Notes: generated by a model not told the origin, from the sequence alone. A stretch of DNA of 64,000 bases from Candidatus Nealsonbacteria bacterium (GCA_016186485.1 JACPLN010000003.1:23305-87304); one strand, 5' to 3'; counted from the first letter of the stretch, positions 1 to 10,319 are shown. Program-made: numbers and translations.

Positions 1-654
1 GCCGAGTCGGTAAACACATTTTTTTATCAGGTTGGTGGCGGATACGAAGATTTCAAGGGGTTAGGAGCAAGGTTGATAAAAGAATGGCTGGCGGCTTTCG
101 GCTGGGGAGCAATAACGGGGATTGATCTCCCCCAGGAAGGAAAAGGAATTCTGCCAGACATAGAAAATAACTGGCGGCTCGGAGACACATACCATCTTTC
201 CATTGGCCAGGGTCCATTTGCAATTACCCCTCTTCAGGTAGCGACAGCCTACCAGGCAATTGCAAACAAGGGAAAGGTTTTCCGCCCCAAAATCGTAAAA
301 GAAATCGTTGACCAAAAAAATAACCCGGTTGAAGAAGTGGCTAGCGAGGTATTAAGAGAGGTGGCGGCCCAAAAAGGAAATATTGAAGTAATCCGCCAGG
401 GAATGAGGCAGGCGGTTGAAAATCCTGCCGGCTCTTCTTTTATTTTAAGTTCTTTGCCGGTAAAAGCCGCAGCCAAAACAGGCACTGCCCAAACCGGAAA
501 GGAAAACTATTTTCATAACTGGGTGACCGTTTTCGCTCCCTATGACAACCCTCAAATTGTTTTGACAATTGTTATTGAAGACGTGCAGGGCGAACAGGTT
601 GCCGCCCTACCGGCGGCTAAAAACGTTCTAAATTGGTATTTTTCTAAATATTAA
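1..654 (+). CDS. mrdA: Penicillin-binding protein 2 transpeptidase domain (5' partial)
   Basis: Frame open from base 1 (AESVNTFFY, SxN motif), SIGQG, TPLQ and KTGT motifs. Confidence 0.9.
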   Translation, partial: AESVNTFFYQVGGGYEDFKGLGARLIKEWLAAFGWGAITGIDLPQEGKGILPDIENNWRLGDTYHLSIGQGPFAITPLQVATAYQAIANKGKVFRPKIVKEIVDQKNNPVEEVASEVLREVAAQKGNIEVIRQGMRQAVENPAGSSFILSSLPVKAAAKTGTAQTGKENYFHNWVTVFAPYDNPQIVLTIVIEDVQGEQVAALPAAKNVLNWYFSKY

Positions 655-730
655 ACCGGTTTAATTGGTCTTGACGAATTAATAAAAAAGGGGTAGGATA
701 CGGACAGCATCTTTCAAAAGAAAGAGGGAT

Positions 731-2581
731 TTGAATTTGTGGAAAACAATAAAAAGAATATTTTTGGGCAAACCGCTTGCCACAGAAGACATTGATCAAG
801 AGAAATTAAATAATTCTAATGCGCTCGCAATTTTTGGGTCCGATGCCCTTTCTTCTACAGCTTACGCAACCGAAGAGATACTGCTTGCCCTCGCCCTTAT
901 AGGTACTGCTGCGTTATCGGTTGCTATTCCCATTGCCCTGGCAATATCTTTGCTAGTGCTTATTGTCGCGTTTTCTTACCGGCAGATTGTGCGTGCTTAT
1001 CCTCAAGGAGGAGGAGTATACAGTGTTTCTAAAACAAATCTTGGAGAATTCGCCGGGCTTCTGGGAGCTTCCAGCCTAATAATTGATTATATCTTGACGG
1101 TTGCAGTATCGGTTGCCGCCGGAGTGGCAGCAATTACCTCTGCATTTCCCGAAATATTCCCATACCGCATTTTCTTGGCTATTGTTGTGGTTTTCTTTCT
1201 GATGTGGATGAATTTGAGAGGGGTGAAGTCTTCCGGAAGGGTTTTTTCATTCCCGACCTACCTTTTCATCTTAGCGATGTTTATGCTGATTGGCGTTGGG
1301 TTTTTCCGCGCTTTTTCCGGAACCTTACCCAAGATCCATTCTACCGGAAATCTAATTGAAGAGCCGGTTGCGATTCTTGGCTGGCTGCTTCTTTTAAGAG
1401 CATTTTCTTCTGGATGCGCAGCTATTACCGGCATTGAGGCGGTTTCCAACGGGATTCGCGCTTTCAAGCCGCCGGAGTCTTCCAATGCGGCAAAAGTTCT
1501 TTTGCGGCTTGCGATCTTTCTGACAACGATATTCTTGGGAATAACCATGCTTTCATATTTGGGAGGAATACTAGCGGTTGAAAAAGAAACTGTTTTGTCC
1601 CAAATTGCCAGGGCAGTATTTGGGGAAACCCCATTTTACCTCTTAATTCAGATTTCAACGTTTCTAATACTGTTTTTAGCCGCCAATACCCCTTTTGCTG
1701 ATTTTCCAAGAGTAGCGGCTTTGCAGGCAATAGATGGTTACTGGCCAAAACAATTCTTTACCATGGGATCAAGATTGGTGTTTTCCAACGGTATCATAAT
1801 GCTCGCAGTAGTTTCAAGCATTCTCCTTTTTATTTTCCAAGCAAGCGTTCACACTCTTATTCCTCTTTATGCAGTGGGTGTTTTTCTGGGATTTTCTCTT
1901 TCTCAGCTTGGCATGATCTTCCACTGGAAAAATAAAGGTGCAAGAAAGAATGCCAAAAGTTTACTGATTAACGCCATTGGTTTTGCGGCAACTTTTACTG
2001 TTTTTGGAGTAGTTTTCTTCTCTAAGTTCAATTACGGCGCCTGGATTCTTATTCCTGTATTCGTAGCACTGATGATAACTATGGGGAAAATAAAAAGCCA
2101 TTATAACATGGTTGAAAGAGAAACGGTTGCAGAAAAAGCTCCCTTGTCAGGATTTCGCCGAGAAAAACTGATGATGGTAGCCCTTGTTTCGGAGTTCAAT
2201 CGGCTTGCCATAGATGCCGGACGATCAGTAATGGGTATCCAGCCAGGAAGAATGAAAGCGCTTCACATAGCGTCTTCGGACGAGGAGGGAGATAATGTCA
2301 GGAAAAGATGGGAAAAAGAATTCAGAGATATTCCTATTGATGTTATCGTAGATAATTTCCGCGACCCAATTCCTCTTATCTTAAAGTATGTAAGCGAGGC
2401 AGAGCAGGATTGGAAAAAGTCCGGAGGAGAAAAGCTTGGTATAACAATTGCAATGATTGTTCCTAAAAATCGTTTAGCAGATTTTCTGCACAACCATACC
2501 GCTAATAAGATCGTTGAGGCGATAAAGGCGGATCCGAACAACGATGCTCAGATATCGGAGATTCACATCAAAGTTCCTTAG
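731..2581 (+). CDS. APC-family permease, KimA/YdaO-like (putative K+/amino-acid transporter)
   Basis: GSDALSSTAYATEE, YPQGGG, TGIEAVSNG motifs; many TM segments; soluble C-terminal domain; TTG start after AGAGGG. Confidence 0.85.
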   Translation: MNLWKTIKRIFLGKPLATEDIDQEKLNNSNALAIFGSDALSSTAYATEEILLALALIGTAALSVAIPIALAISLLVLIVAFSYRQIVRAYPQGGGVYSVSKTNLGEFAGLLGASSLIIDYILTVAVSVAAGVAAITSAFPEIFPYRIFLAIVVVFFLMWMNLRGVKSSGRVFSFPTYLFILAMFMLIGVGFFRAFSGTLPKIHSTGNLIEEPVAILGWLLLLRAFSSGCAAITGIEAVSNGIRAFKPPESSNAAKVLLRLAIFLTTIFLGITMLSYLGGILAVEKETVLSQIARAVFGETPFYLLIQISTFLILFLAANTPFADFPRVAALQAIDGYWPKQFFTMGSRLVFSNGIIMLAVVSSILLFIFQASVHTLIPLYAVGVFLGFSLSQLGMIFHWKNKGARKNAKSLLINAIGFAATFTVFGVVFFSKFNYGAWILIPVFVALMITMGKIKSHYNMVERETVAEKAPLSGFRREKLMMVALVSEFNRLAIDAGRSVMGIQPGRMKALHIASSDEEGDNVRKRWEKEFRDIPIDVIVDNFRDPIPLILKYVSEAEQDWKKSGGEKLGITIAMIVPKNRLADFLHNHTANKIVEAIKADPNNDAQISEIHIKVP

Positions 2582-2588
2582 TTCTTTT

Positions 2589-2620
2589 GGCCCCGCAATA
2601 AATAAAGGGGCCTTTTATTT
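2589..2620 (+). terminator. Intrinsic terminator
   Basis: GGCCCC/GGGGCC stem followed by T-tract after the permease stop. Confidence 0.7.
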
Positions 2621-2704
2621 TGCATAAATTAGTTGGGAATAACGGGGGTTGACACAATTTCTTGCCTTGTCTATTATAACCTAATTCCCAATAAGATAAT
2701 CGCT

Positions 2705-3166
2705 ATGAAAAAGTATTTAACCAAAGAAAACCTGGAAAAACTTAAAAAAGACCTCCAGTATTTAAAAGAGGTCAAAAGAAAAGAAATGGCCGAGAGATTG
2801 GAAAAGTCTCTCTCTTTTGGCGATCTCTCGGAAAATTTTGAATACCAGGAAGCTAAAGAAGCGCAGGCTTTTTTGGAGGGCCAAATTGCAGAACTGGAAG
2901 AATTAATAAACTCCGCGGTTATAGTGGAAAAGGGCGATAGGGCTTCTGGTTTTGTGCAGATCGGTTCAACCATTCTCACAAGTTCCGGAGGGTTAAAGAA
3001 AGACAGGTTTATAATCGTGGGAGCAAAAGAGGCGAATCCTTTGGAAGGGAAAATATCCGTTGACTCTCCTCTGGGAAAGGCTTTTCTGGATAAACCGGAG
3101 GGGGCGGTCATTGAAACTGTAACTCCGATAGGAAAAGCAAAGTACAAGATAGTAAAAATAGAGTAG
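2705..3166 (+). CDS. greA: Transcription elongation factor GreA
   Basis: GDLSENFEY and ISVDSPLGKA motifs; start placed at ATG 2705 (MKKYLT). Confidence 0.95.
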   Translation: MKKYLTKENLEKLKKDLQYLKEVKRKEMAERLEKSLSFGDLSENFEYQEAKEAQAFLEGQIAELEELINSAVIVEKGDRASGFVQIGSTILTSSGGLKKDRFIIVGAKEANPLEGKISVDSPLGKAFLDKPEGAVIETVTPIGKAKYKIVKIE

Positions 3167-3217
3167 GAGTTGATAAAATATACAGCCGTGGAAAGCCCTA
3201 TATCCGCGGTTTTTCAA

Positions 3218-3246
3218 TTGACCGCAGTTTTCGTTAGAATTACAAT
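3218..3246 (+). promoter_or_regulatory. Sigma70-type promoter, probably giving leaderless lysS mRNA
   Basis: TTGACC-17-TACAAT; ATG 6 nt downstream. Confidence 0.7.
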
Positions 3247-3252
3247 AAAATA

Positions 3253-4695
3253 ATGGCATTGTCTCAAATAAGAAAACAGCGGCTTGAAAAACTAGAAGCG
3301 CTAAAAAGGAGCGGGGCAGACGCTTACCCGAGAAACGTTAAAAGGACTCATGTGATAAGCGAGGCTCTTTTGGGTTTTAGCGGTTTGTCAAACAGTAAGG
3401 AAAAAGTTGTTTTGGTTGGCCGCATAATATCGGTAAGAGAACACGGGGGAGCCACCTTTTTGCATTTTAAAGACGGCGAAGGCAAAATCCAGGCTTACCT
3501 TAAGAAAGACAGACTCGGTCAAAAAGAATACAAGTTTTTCTTGGACAATTTTGATATAGGAGATATTGTTGAGATTCAAGGAATTTTGTTTGAAACAAAG
3601 AGAGGCGAAAAAACAATAGAAGCCTCTGATTTCAGAATGCTTGCCAAAGATATTCTGCCTCTTCCTGAAAAGTGGCATGGGCTTCAAGACGTGGAAGAGA
3701 GATTCAGGAAAAGGTATCTTGACTTGATTATGAATGAAGAAATAAGAAGCAAATTTAAACTAAGGAGCAGGATCATAAGAAAGATTAGGGAAATTTTGGA
3801 TCATAAAGAATTTATTGAAGTGGAAACTCCGATTTTACAGCCGATTCCCGGCGGCGCTTTCGCCAAACCCTTTAAAACGCATTTAAACGCTTTAAAAATG
3901 GACTTATATCTTAGGGTAGCCCCCGAGCTTTATTTGAAAAGGCTTTTAGTCGGCGGTTTTGAGAAAATCTATGAAATAGGCAGGTGTTTCAGAAATGAAG
4001 GAATGGATAAGCACCATAACCCCGATTTTACGATGATGGAGCTGTACTGGGCCTATAAAAGCAGGGATGGCCTAATGGAATTTGTTGAAAGTTTTTTCAA
4101 GGAATTAGCAAAAGAGATAAATGGTTCCCAGTCTTTTAAGTATCAGGGAAAAACAATAGATCTTTCAAAACCATTCGCTAGAATAAAATTCAGGGACCTT
4201 TTAAAAGAGCATTGCAATATTGATATAGAAAAGACGAACAAAAGCGGATTAAAAAAGAAGCTTAATGAGCTTGGGATAAAACCAGATCCAAAATGGCCGG
4301 AACATGAATACTTTGACGCCTTGTATAAAAAAGCATGCCTTCCGAATTTGGTCCAGCCCATTTTTATGACCGATCATCCGATAGAAATGAATCTTTTGTC
4401 CAGGGCAAAAGAGGATAATAAGAAATACGCAGACCGTTTTCAGTTAATAATCGGGGGAATAGAGCTTGTTAACGGATTCTCCGAATTAAATGATCCAATT
4501 GAACAAAAGAAGCGTTTTGAAAGCTCTAATATTTCTCCGGAAAGAAAGGATAAGGATTTTATAGATGCCCTGGAATATGGAATGCCGCCCACGGCAGGTT
4601 TGGGGCTCGGGATAGACAGATTAATTGTTCTTTTAACAGATTCTCACAGTCTTAGAGAGGTTATTCTTTTCCCGACAATGCGGCCTATAAAATGA
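3253..4695 (+). CDS. lysS: Lysine--tRNA ligase (class II)
   Basis: LPEKWHGL, YLRVAPELYLKRL, FRNEG, GLGIDRL motifs. Confidence 0.97.
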   Translation: MALSQIRKQRLEKLEALKRSGADAYPRNVKRTHVISEALLGFSGLSNSKEKVVLVGRIISVREHGGATFLHFKDGEGKIQAYLKKDRLGQKEYKFFLDNFDIGDIVEIQGILFETKRGEKTIEASDFRMLAKDILPLPEKWHGLQDVEERFRKRYLDLIMNEEIRSKFKLRSRIIRKIREILDHKEFIEVETPILQPIPGGAFAKPFKTHLNALKMDLYLRVAPELYLKRLLVGGFEKIYEIGRCFRNEGMDKHHNPDFTMMELYWAYKSRDGLMEFVESFFKELAKEINGSQSFKYQGKTIDLSKPFARIKFRDLLKEHCNIDIEKTNKSGLKKKLNELGIKPDPKWPEHEYFDALYKKACLPNLVQPIFMTDHPIEMNLLSRAKEDNKKYADRFQLIIGGIELVNGFSELNDPIEQKKRFESSNISPERKDKDFIDALEYGMPPTAGLGLGIDRLIVLLTDSHSLREVILFPTMRPIK

Positions 4696-5300
4696 AACTA
4701 TTGATTGCCACTCACAATAAAGGCAAGCTTTTGGAATACCAGCTGATATTTAAAGAGTTTTTGCCCGAACTCGCGGTTTTGGCGCTTTCTGATCTTAATA
4801 TTAAAGAAAAGGCGCCGGAAGATGGCGCTACTTTTGAGGAAAACGCAGTTCAAAAGGCGAAGTTTTATTCCGGATTAGCTAATTTGCCAACTCTGGCTGA
4901 CGATGGAGGACTGGAAATAGATTATTTAAACGGAGAACCAGGGGTAAAATCAAGAAGATGGCCGGGGTATGAGGCTTCTGACGAAGAACTGGTGAAAATG
5001 GCTCTTGAAAAGCTAAAAGGAATCCCGTTTGAAAAAAGAGGAGCCAGGCTTAGGGCGGTGGCTGCCTTTGCATTGCCAAAAGAAAAAGTTTTTACGTTTG
5101 AAGGAATTCTAAACGGTTTTATAACCGAAAAACCAATTAATATTATTCCCGGCTATCCGTTTAGGGCAATATTTTATCTTCCTGACATCAAAAAGGTTCT
5201 CGGAGAGCTGACCATGGAAGAAGAGGCTGTTCTTGCCCACCGCAGAAAAGCCGTGGAAGCAGCCATACCGATAATTAAAAAGCACTTGACAAATTTTTAA
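4692..5300 (+). CDS. rdgB: Non-canonical purine NTP pyrophosphatase (RdgB/HAM1)
   Basis: ATHNKGK, TFEENA, ADDGGL..L.GEPGVKS motifs. Confidence 0.9.
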   Translation: MKLLIATHNKGKLLEYQLIFKEFLPELAVLALSDLNIKEKAPEDGATFEENAVQKAKFYSGLANLPTLADDGGLEIDYLNGEPGVKSRRWPGYEASDEELVKMALEKLKGIPFEKRGARLRAVAAFALPKEKVFTFEGILNGFITEKPINIIPGYPFRAIFYLPDIKKVLGELTMEEEAVLAHRRKAVEAAIPIIKKHLTNF

Positions 5301-5314
5301 ATCGGGTGTATAAT
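5286..5314 (+). promoter_or_regulatory. Consensus sigma70 promoter with its -35 inside the last rdgB codons
   Basis: TTGACA-17-TATAAT perfect match. Confidence 0.85.
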
Positions 5315-5319
5315 AAAGG

Positions 5320-5555
5320 CAGAATAAAAATGAATGGCGAATACCGTCCGGACGAAGAAGAACGAAGCCTTCATATCGGTTACGGCCAGCATGCGGATCC
5401 TGTAACTCTTCGTGAGTCAGGATTCCTGGGAAACCGTTAGGTAGGCTCGCCCGAGAGAAGGTTCTTGGGAGGGGTTTCTAGAACCCATAAGTTCACCCTC
5501 CCTTGTAACCAACGGGATTCAAGTTCTTTCAAGGCACTCTTTATGAGTGTCTTTA
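5320..5555 (+). ncRNA. Candidate structured RNA (contains a 36-codon ORF at 5330-5440)
   Basis: Own perfect promoter, several GC-rich stems, terminal hairpin at 5531-5553; no family recognised. Confidence 0.4.
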
Positions 5556-5586
5556 ACGTTTTATTTTAAGATGTTAATATTAAGAT

Positions 5587-6846
5587 ATGCTGGACATTAA
5601 ATTTATCCGCCAAAATCCAGAAAAGGTAAAAGAGGGGATTGCTAAAAAGCAGGCCAGTGTTGATATTGACCGGCTTTTGGAGGTTGATCAAAAAAGGCGG
5701 GAAACAATCATGGCTTTGGAAGACATGTTTAGTAAAAAAAACAGGGCTTCAAAAGAAATTTCTCAAAACCAGGATGAAAGAGAAAAACAAAGGCTTATTT
5801 TGGAAATGAGAGAACTTGATACAAACAGCGATAGATTAAAGGAAGCCTTTGAATCTCTTGATAAAGAATTTGAGTTTTTGATGAAACAAATCCCTAATTT
5901 GCCGGAAGACGATGTGCCCATTGGTAAAGACGAAAAAGACAATAAGGTCATAAAAGAGTGGGGCAAAAAACCGGAGTTTAAGTTTGTGCCCAGAGATTAT
6001 CTGGAAATTTCTGAGAAGCTGGATATTATTGACGTCAAAAGAGCGGCAAAGGTTGCGGGCACAAGATTTGGGTATATAAAAGGAGAGGCGGCGCAGCTTG
6101 AGTTTGCTTTGGTTAATTTTGCAATGGATATTTTGTTAAAAGAAGGTTTTGTGCCTGTTGTTCCTCCGGTAATGATAAAAGATAAAATGATGGAGGCTAT
6201 GGGTTATGCCTCTTCAGAAAAGGATAAAGCAGAGCGTTATCTTCTTAAAGAAGATAATTTATATCTTATTGGGACGGCAGAGCAGGCCTTGGGTCCTCTT
6301 CATGCCGATGAGATTTTAGAGAATTTGCCCAGGCGCTACGCCGGATTTTCATCTTGTTTCAGGAGAGAAGCCGGGGCCTACGGCAAGGACACTAAAGGAA
6401 TTTTGCGGGTTCACCAATTTGATAAGGTGGAAATGCTAAGCTTTTGCGAACCCCAGCAATCAAAAAAAGAGCTTGATTTTTTGCTGGAGATGGCAGAAAG
6501 GCTAATGCAGCTACTTAAGATTCCATATCGCGTGGTGCGCTTGTGCGGCGGCGACCTGGCAAGGCCGTCTGCCGCAACTTACGATATTGAAGCTTGGTTG
6601 CCGGGGCAAAACCAGTATAGGGAAACCCATTCTGTTTCTACAACCACAGATTTTCAGGCAAGGCGCCTAAATATACGCCATCGTGGAAAACAAGGCCTTG
6701 AATTTGTGCACATTCTTAACGGTACCGCTTTTGCAATAGGCCGTATGCTAATTGCCATTATTGAAAACTACCAGAAAAAAGATGGCAGTGTATTGATACC
6801 AAAAGTCCTCCAAAAATATCTTAAGTTTAAAGCAATCAAAAGATAG
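5587..6846 (+). CDS. serS: Serine--tRNA ligase
   Basis: MLDIKFIR, LIGTAE, CFRREAG, RVHQFDKVE, LNGTAFA motifs. Confidence 0.97.
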   Translation: MLDIKFIRQNPEKVKEGIAKKQASVDIDRLLEVDQKRRETIMALEDMFSKKNRASKEISQNQDEREKQRLILEMRELDTNSDRLKEAFESLDKEFEFLMKQIPNLPEDDVPIGKDEKDNKVIKEWGKKPEFKFVPRDYLEISEKLDIIDVKRAAKVAGTRFGYIKGEAAQLEFALVNFAMDILLKEGFVPVVPPVMIKDKMMEAMGYASSEKDKAERYLLKEDNLYLIGTAEQALGPLHADEILENLPRRYAGFSSCFRREAGAYGKDTKGILRVHQFDKVEMLSFCEPQQSKKELDFLLEMAERLMQLLKIPYRVVRLCGGDLARPSAATYDIEAWLPGQNQYRETHSVSTTTDFQARRLNIRHRGKQGLEFVHILNGTAFAIGRMLIAIIENYQKKDGSVLIPKVLQKYLKFKAIKR

Positions 6847-6997
6847 TAATAAAAAAATAATGGTTGCCTTTTGAATAAGCAACCTTACAGTATTATAGAG
6901 AGAGGGAAGGGGTCTTTGATTAGTTGTTGGACTCAATGCCTTATTGTGCTTTAGTACCCCCACCTTCTCTTTGTTGGTATTTTTATATTATCATACC

Positions 6998-7717
6998 ATG
7001 AAACATTGTCAAGTGTTAATTCTTCACGGTTGGGGTTCTTCGTCTCAAAAATGGCAGGAGGTTAAAGAGATTTTGGAAAAAGAAGGAATTAGTATTTTTG
7101 TTCCGGATCTTCCCGGTTTTGGAGAAAACCCTATGCCAAAAGAATCCTGGTCGGTTGACGACTACGTTGAATGGGTTAGAAACTTTGCCGATAAAAATAT
7201 TGTCGGTACATTTTTTATCCTAGGGCATTCTTTTGGGGGAAGGGTGGCAATTAAATTTGCCGTTAGATACCCGGAAAAGTTAGACGGTCTTATTTTAGCC
7301 GGAGTCCCTGCTTTAAAAACCAAAGCAAACCCGAAAGAGTTTACAGCAAAAGTTTTAGCAAAACTATCCCGTAAATTCTTCTTTTTACCGCTGCTACCTT
7401 GGTATCCCTTACTAAGAAGGTTATTTTATAAATATATTTTGAGAAAAACAGACTATCTTTATCTTGGGGGAGTAATGAAAGAAACGTTTATAAAAGTAAT
7501 TGAAGAAGATTTATCCATCTATTTGCCTCAGATAAGGACTAAAACCCTTATTTTGTGGGGAGATAAAGACGATTTTGTGCCATTTTCCATAGCCCATTTA
7601 ATTAAAGAAAAAATATTAAACTCTGAATTGACAGTTTTCCCCAACGTAAAACACGGTCCTCATAGGGAAATCCCTGAAGAATTAGCAAAAACCATACTTA
7701 AATGGTTAGTCAAATAA
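6998..7717 (+). CDS. Alpha/beta hydrolase
   Basis: LHGWG, DLPGFG, GHSFGG nucleophile elbow, WGDKD, catalytic His; start placed at ATG 6998. Confidence 0.9.
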   Translation: MKHCQVLILHGWGSSSQKWQEVKEILEKEGISIFVPDLPGFGENPMPKESWSVDDYVEWVRNFADKNIVGTFFILGHSFGGRVAIKFAVRYPEKLDGLILAGVPALKTKANPKEFTAKVLAKLSRKFFFLPLLPWYPLLRRLFYKYILRKTDYLYLGGVMKETFIKVIEEDLSIYLPQIRTKTLILWGDKDDFVPFSIAHLIKEKILNSELTVFPNVKHGPHREIPEELAKTILKWLVK

Positions 7718-9021
7718 TCTTAATTGCTCTTTTTCTTTTCTGGCTGAAATGTTTTCTTTTTTGGCTGTGGCTTTGGCAGTTAAAAGAATATCACATTGGC
7801 CGTTTTCTGGCTCATTTTGAAACCCAGAAAGTTAAAAAATTTATTTCTAGTTTCTGGCGGATAAAATACCCTAAGTTTACTAAGAAGATAACCATTGTGT
7901 TGTTTGCGGGCCAGTTGCTCGCAGTTTTATGGATGTTTTTTTTACCAGGTTTTCTTTTGGTTATCCTTTCTCCAATTTTTTCTTCTATACTCGTATTATT
8001 TTTTCAGATCCCTACCGTTGTTTGGCGACGCATACTTATAAACAAGGCTAAGGAGAAAAGAGAAAGATTTCCAGACCTAATAGTTATTGGCATAACCGGG
8101 TCTTATGGAAAAACATCCACTAAAGAGATTTTGGCCCATATTTTAAGCAAGAAATTCAATGTTTTAAAAACAAAAGAGCACCAGAATTCCGAAGTAGGCG
8201 TTTCCCAATGCATTTTGCGGGAGCTAGGGCCAGAGCACCAAATCTTTGTAGTGGAAATGGGGGCTTACAATATGGGAGGAATAAAACTGCTTTGCGACAT
8301 TGTAAAGCCGCGGATTGGCATTTTGACCGGTATTAACGAACAGCATATGGCAACTTTCGGGTCGCAGGAGAGCATTATAAAGACAAAATATGAGTTAATT
8401 GAGAGTTTGCCCAAAGATGGGATAGCTTTTTTTAACGGAAAAAATAAATATTGCCGAGAACTCTATCAAAAAACCCTTCGAGCAGGCTCCTCGCAAGCCT
8501 TTCTTTATGGGGAAAACGTAAAAATGCCTGGTCTTGAGAACGTTGAAGGAGCTAAGGCGGTTGCTAGGGAGCTGGGAATGGCAGATGAAGAAGTTTCGCA
8601 GGCCAGCAAAGATTTTGAGAATAAATTACCGGGCGTTGAGATAAAAAGAGGAATCAATGGATTAAATATTCTTGACGCCAGCTATTCAGCAAACCCCAAC
8701 AGCGTCATGGCCCATCTAGATTATTTGCAAACCTTGTCGGGAAAGAAAATAATCATTATGCCTTGTTTAATTGAACTAGGAAGAGCGGCAAAAGAAGTTC
8801 ACAAAAGAATAGGAGAAATGGTTGCTCGGGTTTGCGACCTAGCAATAATTACCACCAATGATTATTTTAAAGAATTAAAAGGGGAAAGCGACAAAATAAT
8901 ATTAATAGAAAGCCCAAAAGAAATTCTTAAGAAGATTAAGGAGGTTTCCCATCCTGGCGACCCTGTCCTTTTGGAAGGAAGAATTTCTGTTCGGTTGTAC
9001 AAGATATTGTTATCTATATAA
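7702..9021 (+). CDS. murF: Mur ligase, MurF-like, with N-terminal membrane segments
   Basis: GITGSYGKTSTKE, VVEMGAY, DASYSANP motifs. Confidence 0.85.
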   Translation: MVSQIILIALFLFWLKCFLFWLWLWQLKEYHIGRFLAHFETQKVKKFISSFWRIKYPKFTKKITIVLFAGQLLAVLWMFFLPGFLLVILSPIFSSILVLFFQIPTVVWRRILINKAKEKRERFPDLIVIGITGSYGKTSTKEILAHILSKKFNVLKTKEHQNSEVGVSQCILRELGPEHQIFVVEMGAYNMGGIKLLCDIVKPRIGILTGINEQHMATFGSQESIIKTKYELIESLPKDGIAFFNGKNKYCRELYQKTLRAGSSQAFLYGENVKMPGLENVEGAKAVARELGMADEEVSQASKDFENKLPGVEIKRGINGLNILDASYSANPNSVMAHLDYLQTLSGKKIIIMPCLIELGRAAKEVHKRIGEMVARVCDLAIITTNDYFKELKGESDKIILIESPKEILKKIKEVSHPGDPVLLEGRISVRLYKILLSI

Positions 9022-9088
9022 TATATTTACAACGATCGATCCTTAGAACAATAAAAAGAGTACCGCATTCCGAAGAACTTGGTACTTT

Positions 9089-9289
9089 TTATCTCCTCGC
9101 CCAATGGTATAGTTCAAACGCGACCGCTATAAGAACCGACGTTATAAGAAACCCGACAAGGGAAGATATATCGTTAATGGGTCGATCAACCCAATATGGG
9201 ACAGCATACACCATCACCATCATCGCCAAGAAGTAAGCAGAGAGGAATTTTATTTCTTTCCGCCAATCCATCATCATCACTATAAACAC
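9089..9289 (-). CDS. Small two-TM hypothetical protein (start uncertain)
   Basis: Fills the gap between core genes; two hydrophobic stretches; TTGACA promoter on - strand near 9311-9316. Confidence 0.6.
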   Translation of the reverse strand: MFIVMMMDWRKEIKFLSAYFLAMMVMVYAVPYWVDRPINDISSLVGFLITSVLIAVAFELYHWARR

Positions 9290-9295
9290 ATTAGC

Positions 9296-10318
9296 ATGTC
9301 ATCAAATTTTTGTCAAGTAAGAGAATTAAGTGATAAAAACGTTTGGGAGAAATTTCTTTTTAATTGCAGAGAAAAGACTTTTTTGCAATCTTGGAATTGG
9401 GGCGAGTTTAATAAAGCTAGAGGAGAAAAAATATGGAGATTAGGGATATATGACGGAGAGACTCTTATCGGGGTTGCATTAGTGATAAAGGTTCGGGCAA
9501 AGAGGGGAACGTTCTTATTCGTACCCCATGGCCCGATTCAAGATTCTAAATCTAAAATTCTAAATGTTCTTGTTCAAAAATTAAAGGTAATTGCCGGGGA
9601 AGAAAACTGTAGCTTTGTAAGAGTTAGCCCAATAGCGGAAAGAAGCATTGAAAACGCGGGGGGTTTTAAGAAGTTGGGGTTTGGGTATGCCCCAATACAT
9701 ATGCATCCTGAAGCGACCTGGGAATTAGATATAGTTAAGTCGGAAGAAGAAATTTTAGCCGGAATGAGAAAAACAACCAGATATTTAATACGGCAGGCAG
9801 AAAAGAGCCCAGATATTAAAATTGAACGAAGCACCAATACAGAAGATTTAGATAGATTCCAGAAGCTTTATGAGGATACGATTGAGCGTCATCATTTTAT
9901 TGGTTTCCCGCAAGATTACCTAAAGAATGAATTTTTAGCTTTTTCCCCAGATAATCAAATAAGCCTATTCTTGGGTAAATATAAAGGAGAACTGTTTTCC
10001 TCTGCCATAGTTATTTTCTGGCAGGGCACAGCTTTTTATCATCACGGCGCTTCCTTGTCCTCAAAGATCCCGGTATCTTATCTTTTGCAGTGGGAGATAA
10101 TAAAAGAGGCGAAAAGGCGAGGCTGCAAGGTTTATAATTTTTGGGGAATTGCGCCCGATGATAAGAAAGATCATCCTTGGCGAGGATTAACCTTATTTAA
10201 AACGGGCTTTGGCGGCTATAAAAAAGAATATCTAAAGACCCAGGATCTGCCCATTTATTTAAGCTATTGGCTAATTTATATTTTTGAGAAAATTAGAAAA
10301 TTAAAGAGAGGACTATAA
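9296..10318 (+). CDS. FemABX/MurM-family peptidoglycan bridge aminoacyltransferase
   Basis: FLQSWNWGEF, RKTTRYLIR, LQWEII..AK..G...YNFWGI, LTLFKTGFGG. Confidence 0.9.
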   Translation: MSSNFCQVRELSDKNVWEKFLFNCREKTFLQSWNWGEFNKARGEKIWRLGIYDGETLIGVALVIKVRAKRGTFLFVPHGPIQDSKSKILNVLVQKLKVIAGEENCSFVRVSPIAERSIENAGGFKKLGFGYAPIHMHPEATWELDIVKSEEEILAGMRKTTRYLIRQAEKSPDIKIERSTNTEDLDRFQKLYEDTIERHHFIGFPQDYLKNEFLAFSPDNQISLFLGKYKGELFSSAIVIFWQGTAFYHHGASLSSKIPVSYLLQWEIIKEAKRRGCKVYNFWGIAPDDKKDHPWRGLTLFKTGFGGYKKEYLKTQDLPIYLSYWLIYIFEKIRKLKRGL

Positions 10319-10319
10319 T

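Noticed and set aside
655-730. c-di-AMP (ydaO) riboswitch before the KimA-like gene
   Set aside because: The intergenic space is too short and is occupied by a promoter.
5320-5555. T-box leader of serS
   Set aside because: No T-box (GGTGG-ACC) motif or recognisable specifier stem; serS seems to have its own -10 just upstream.
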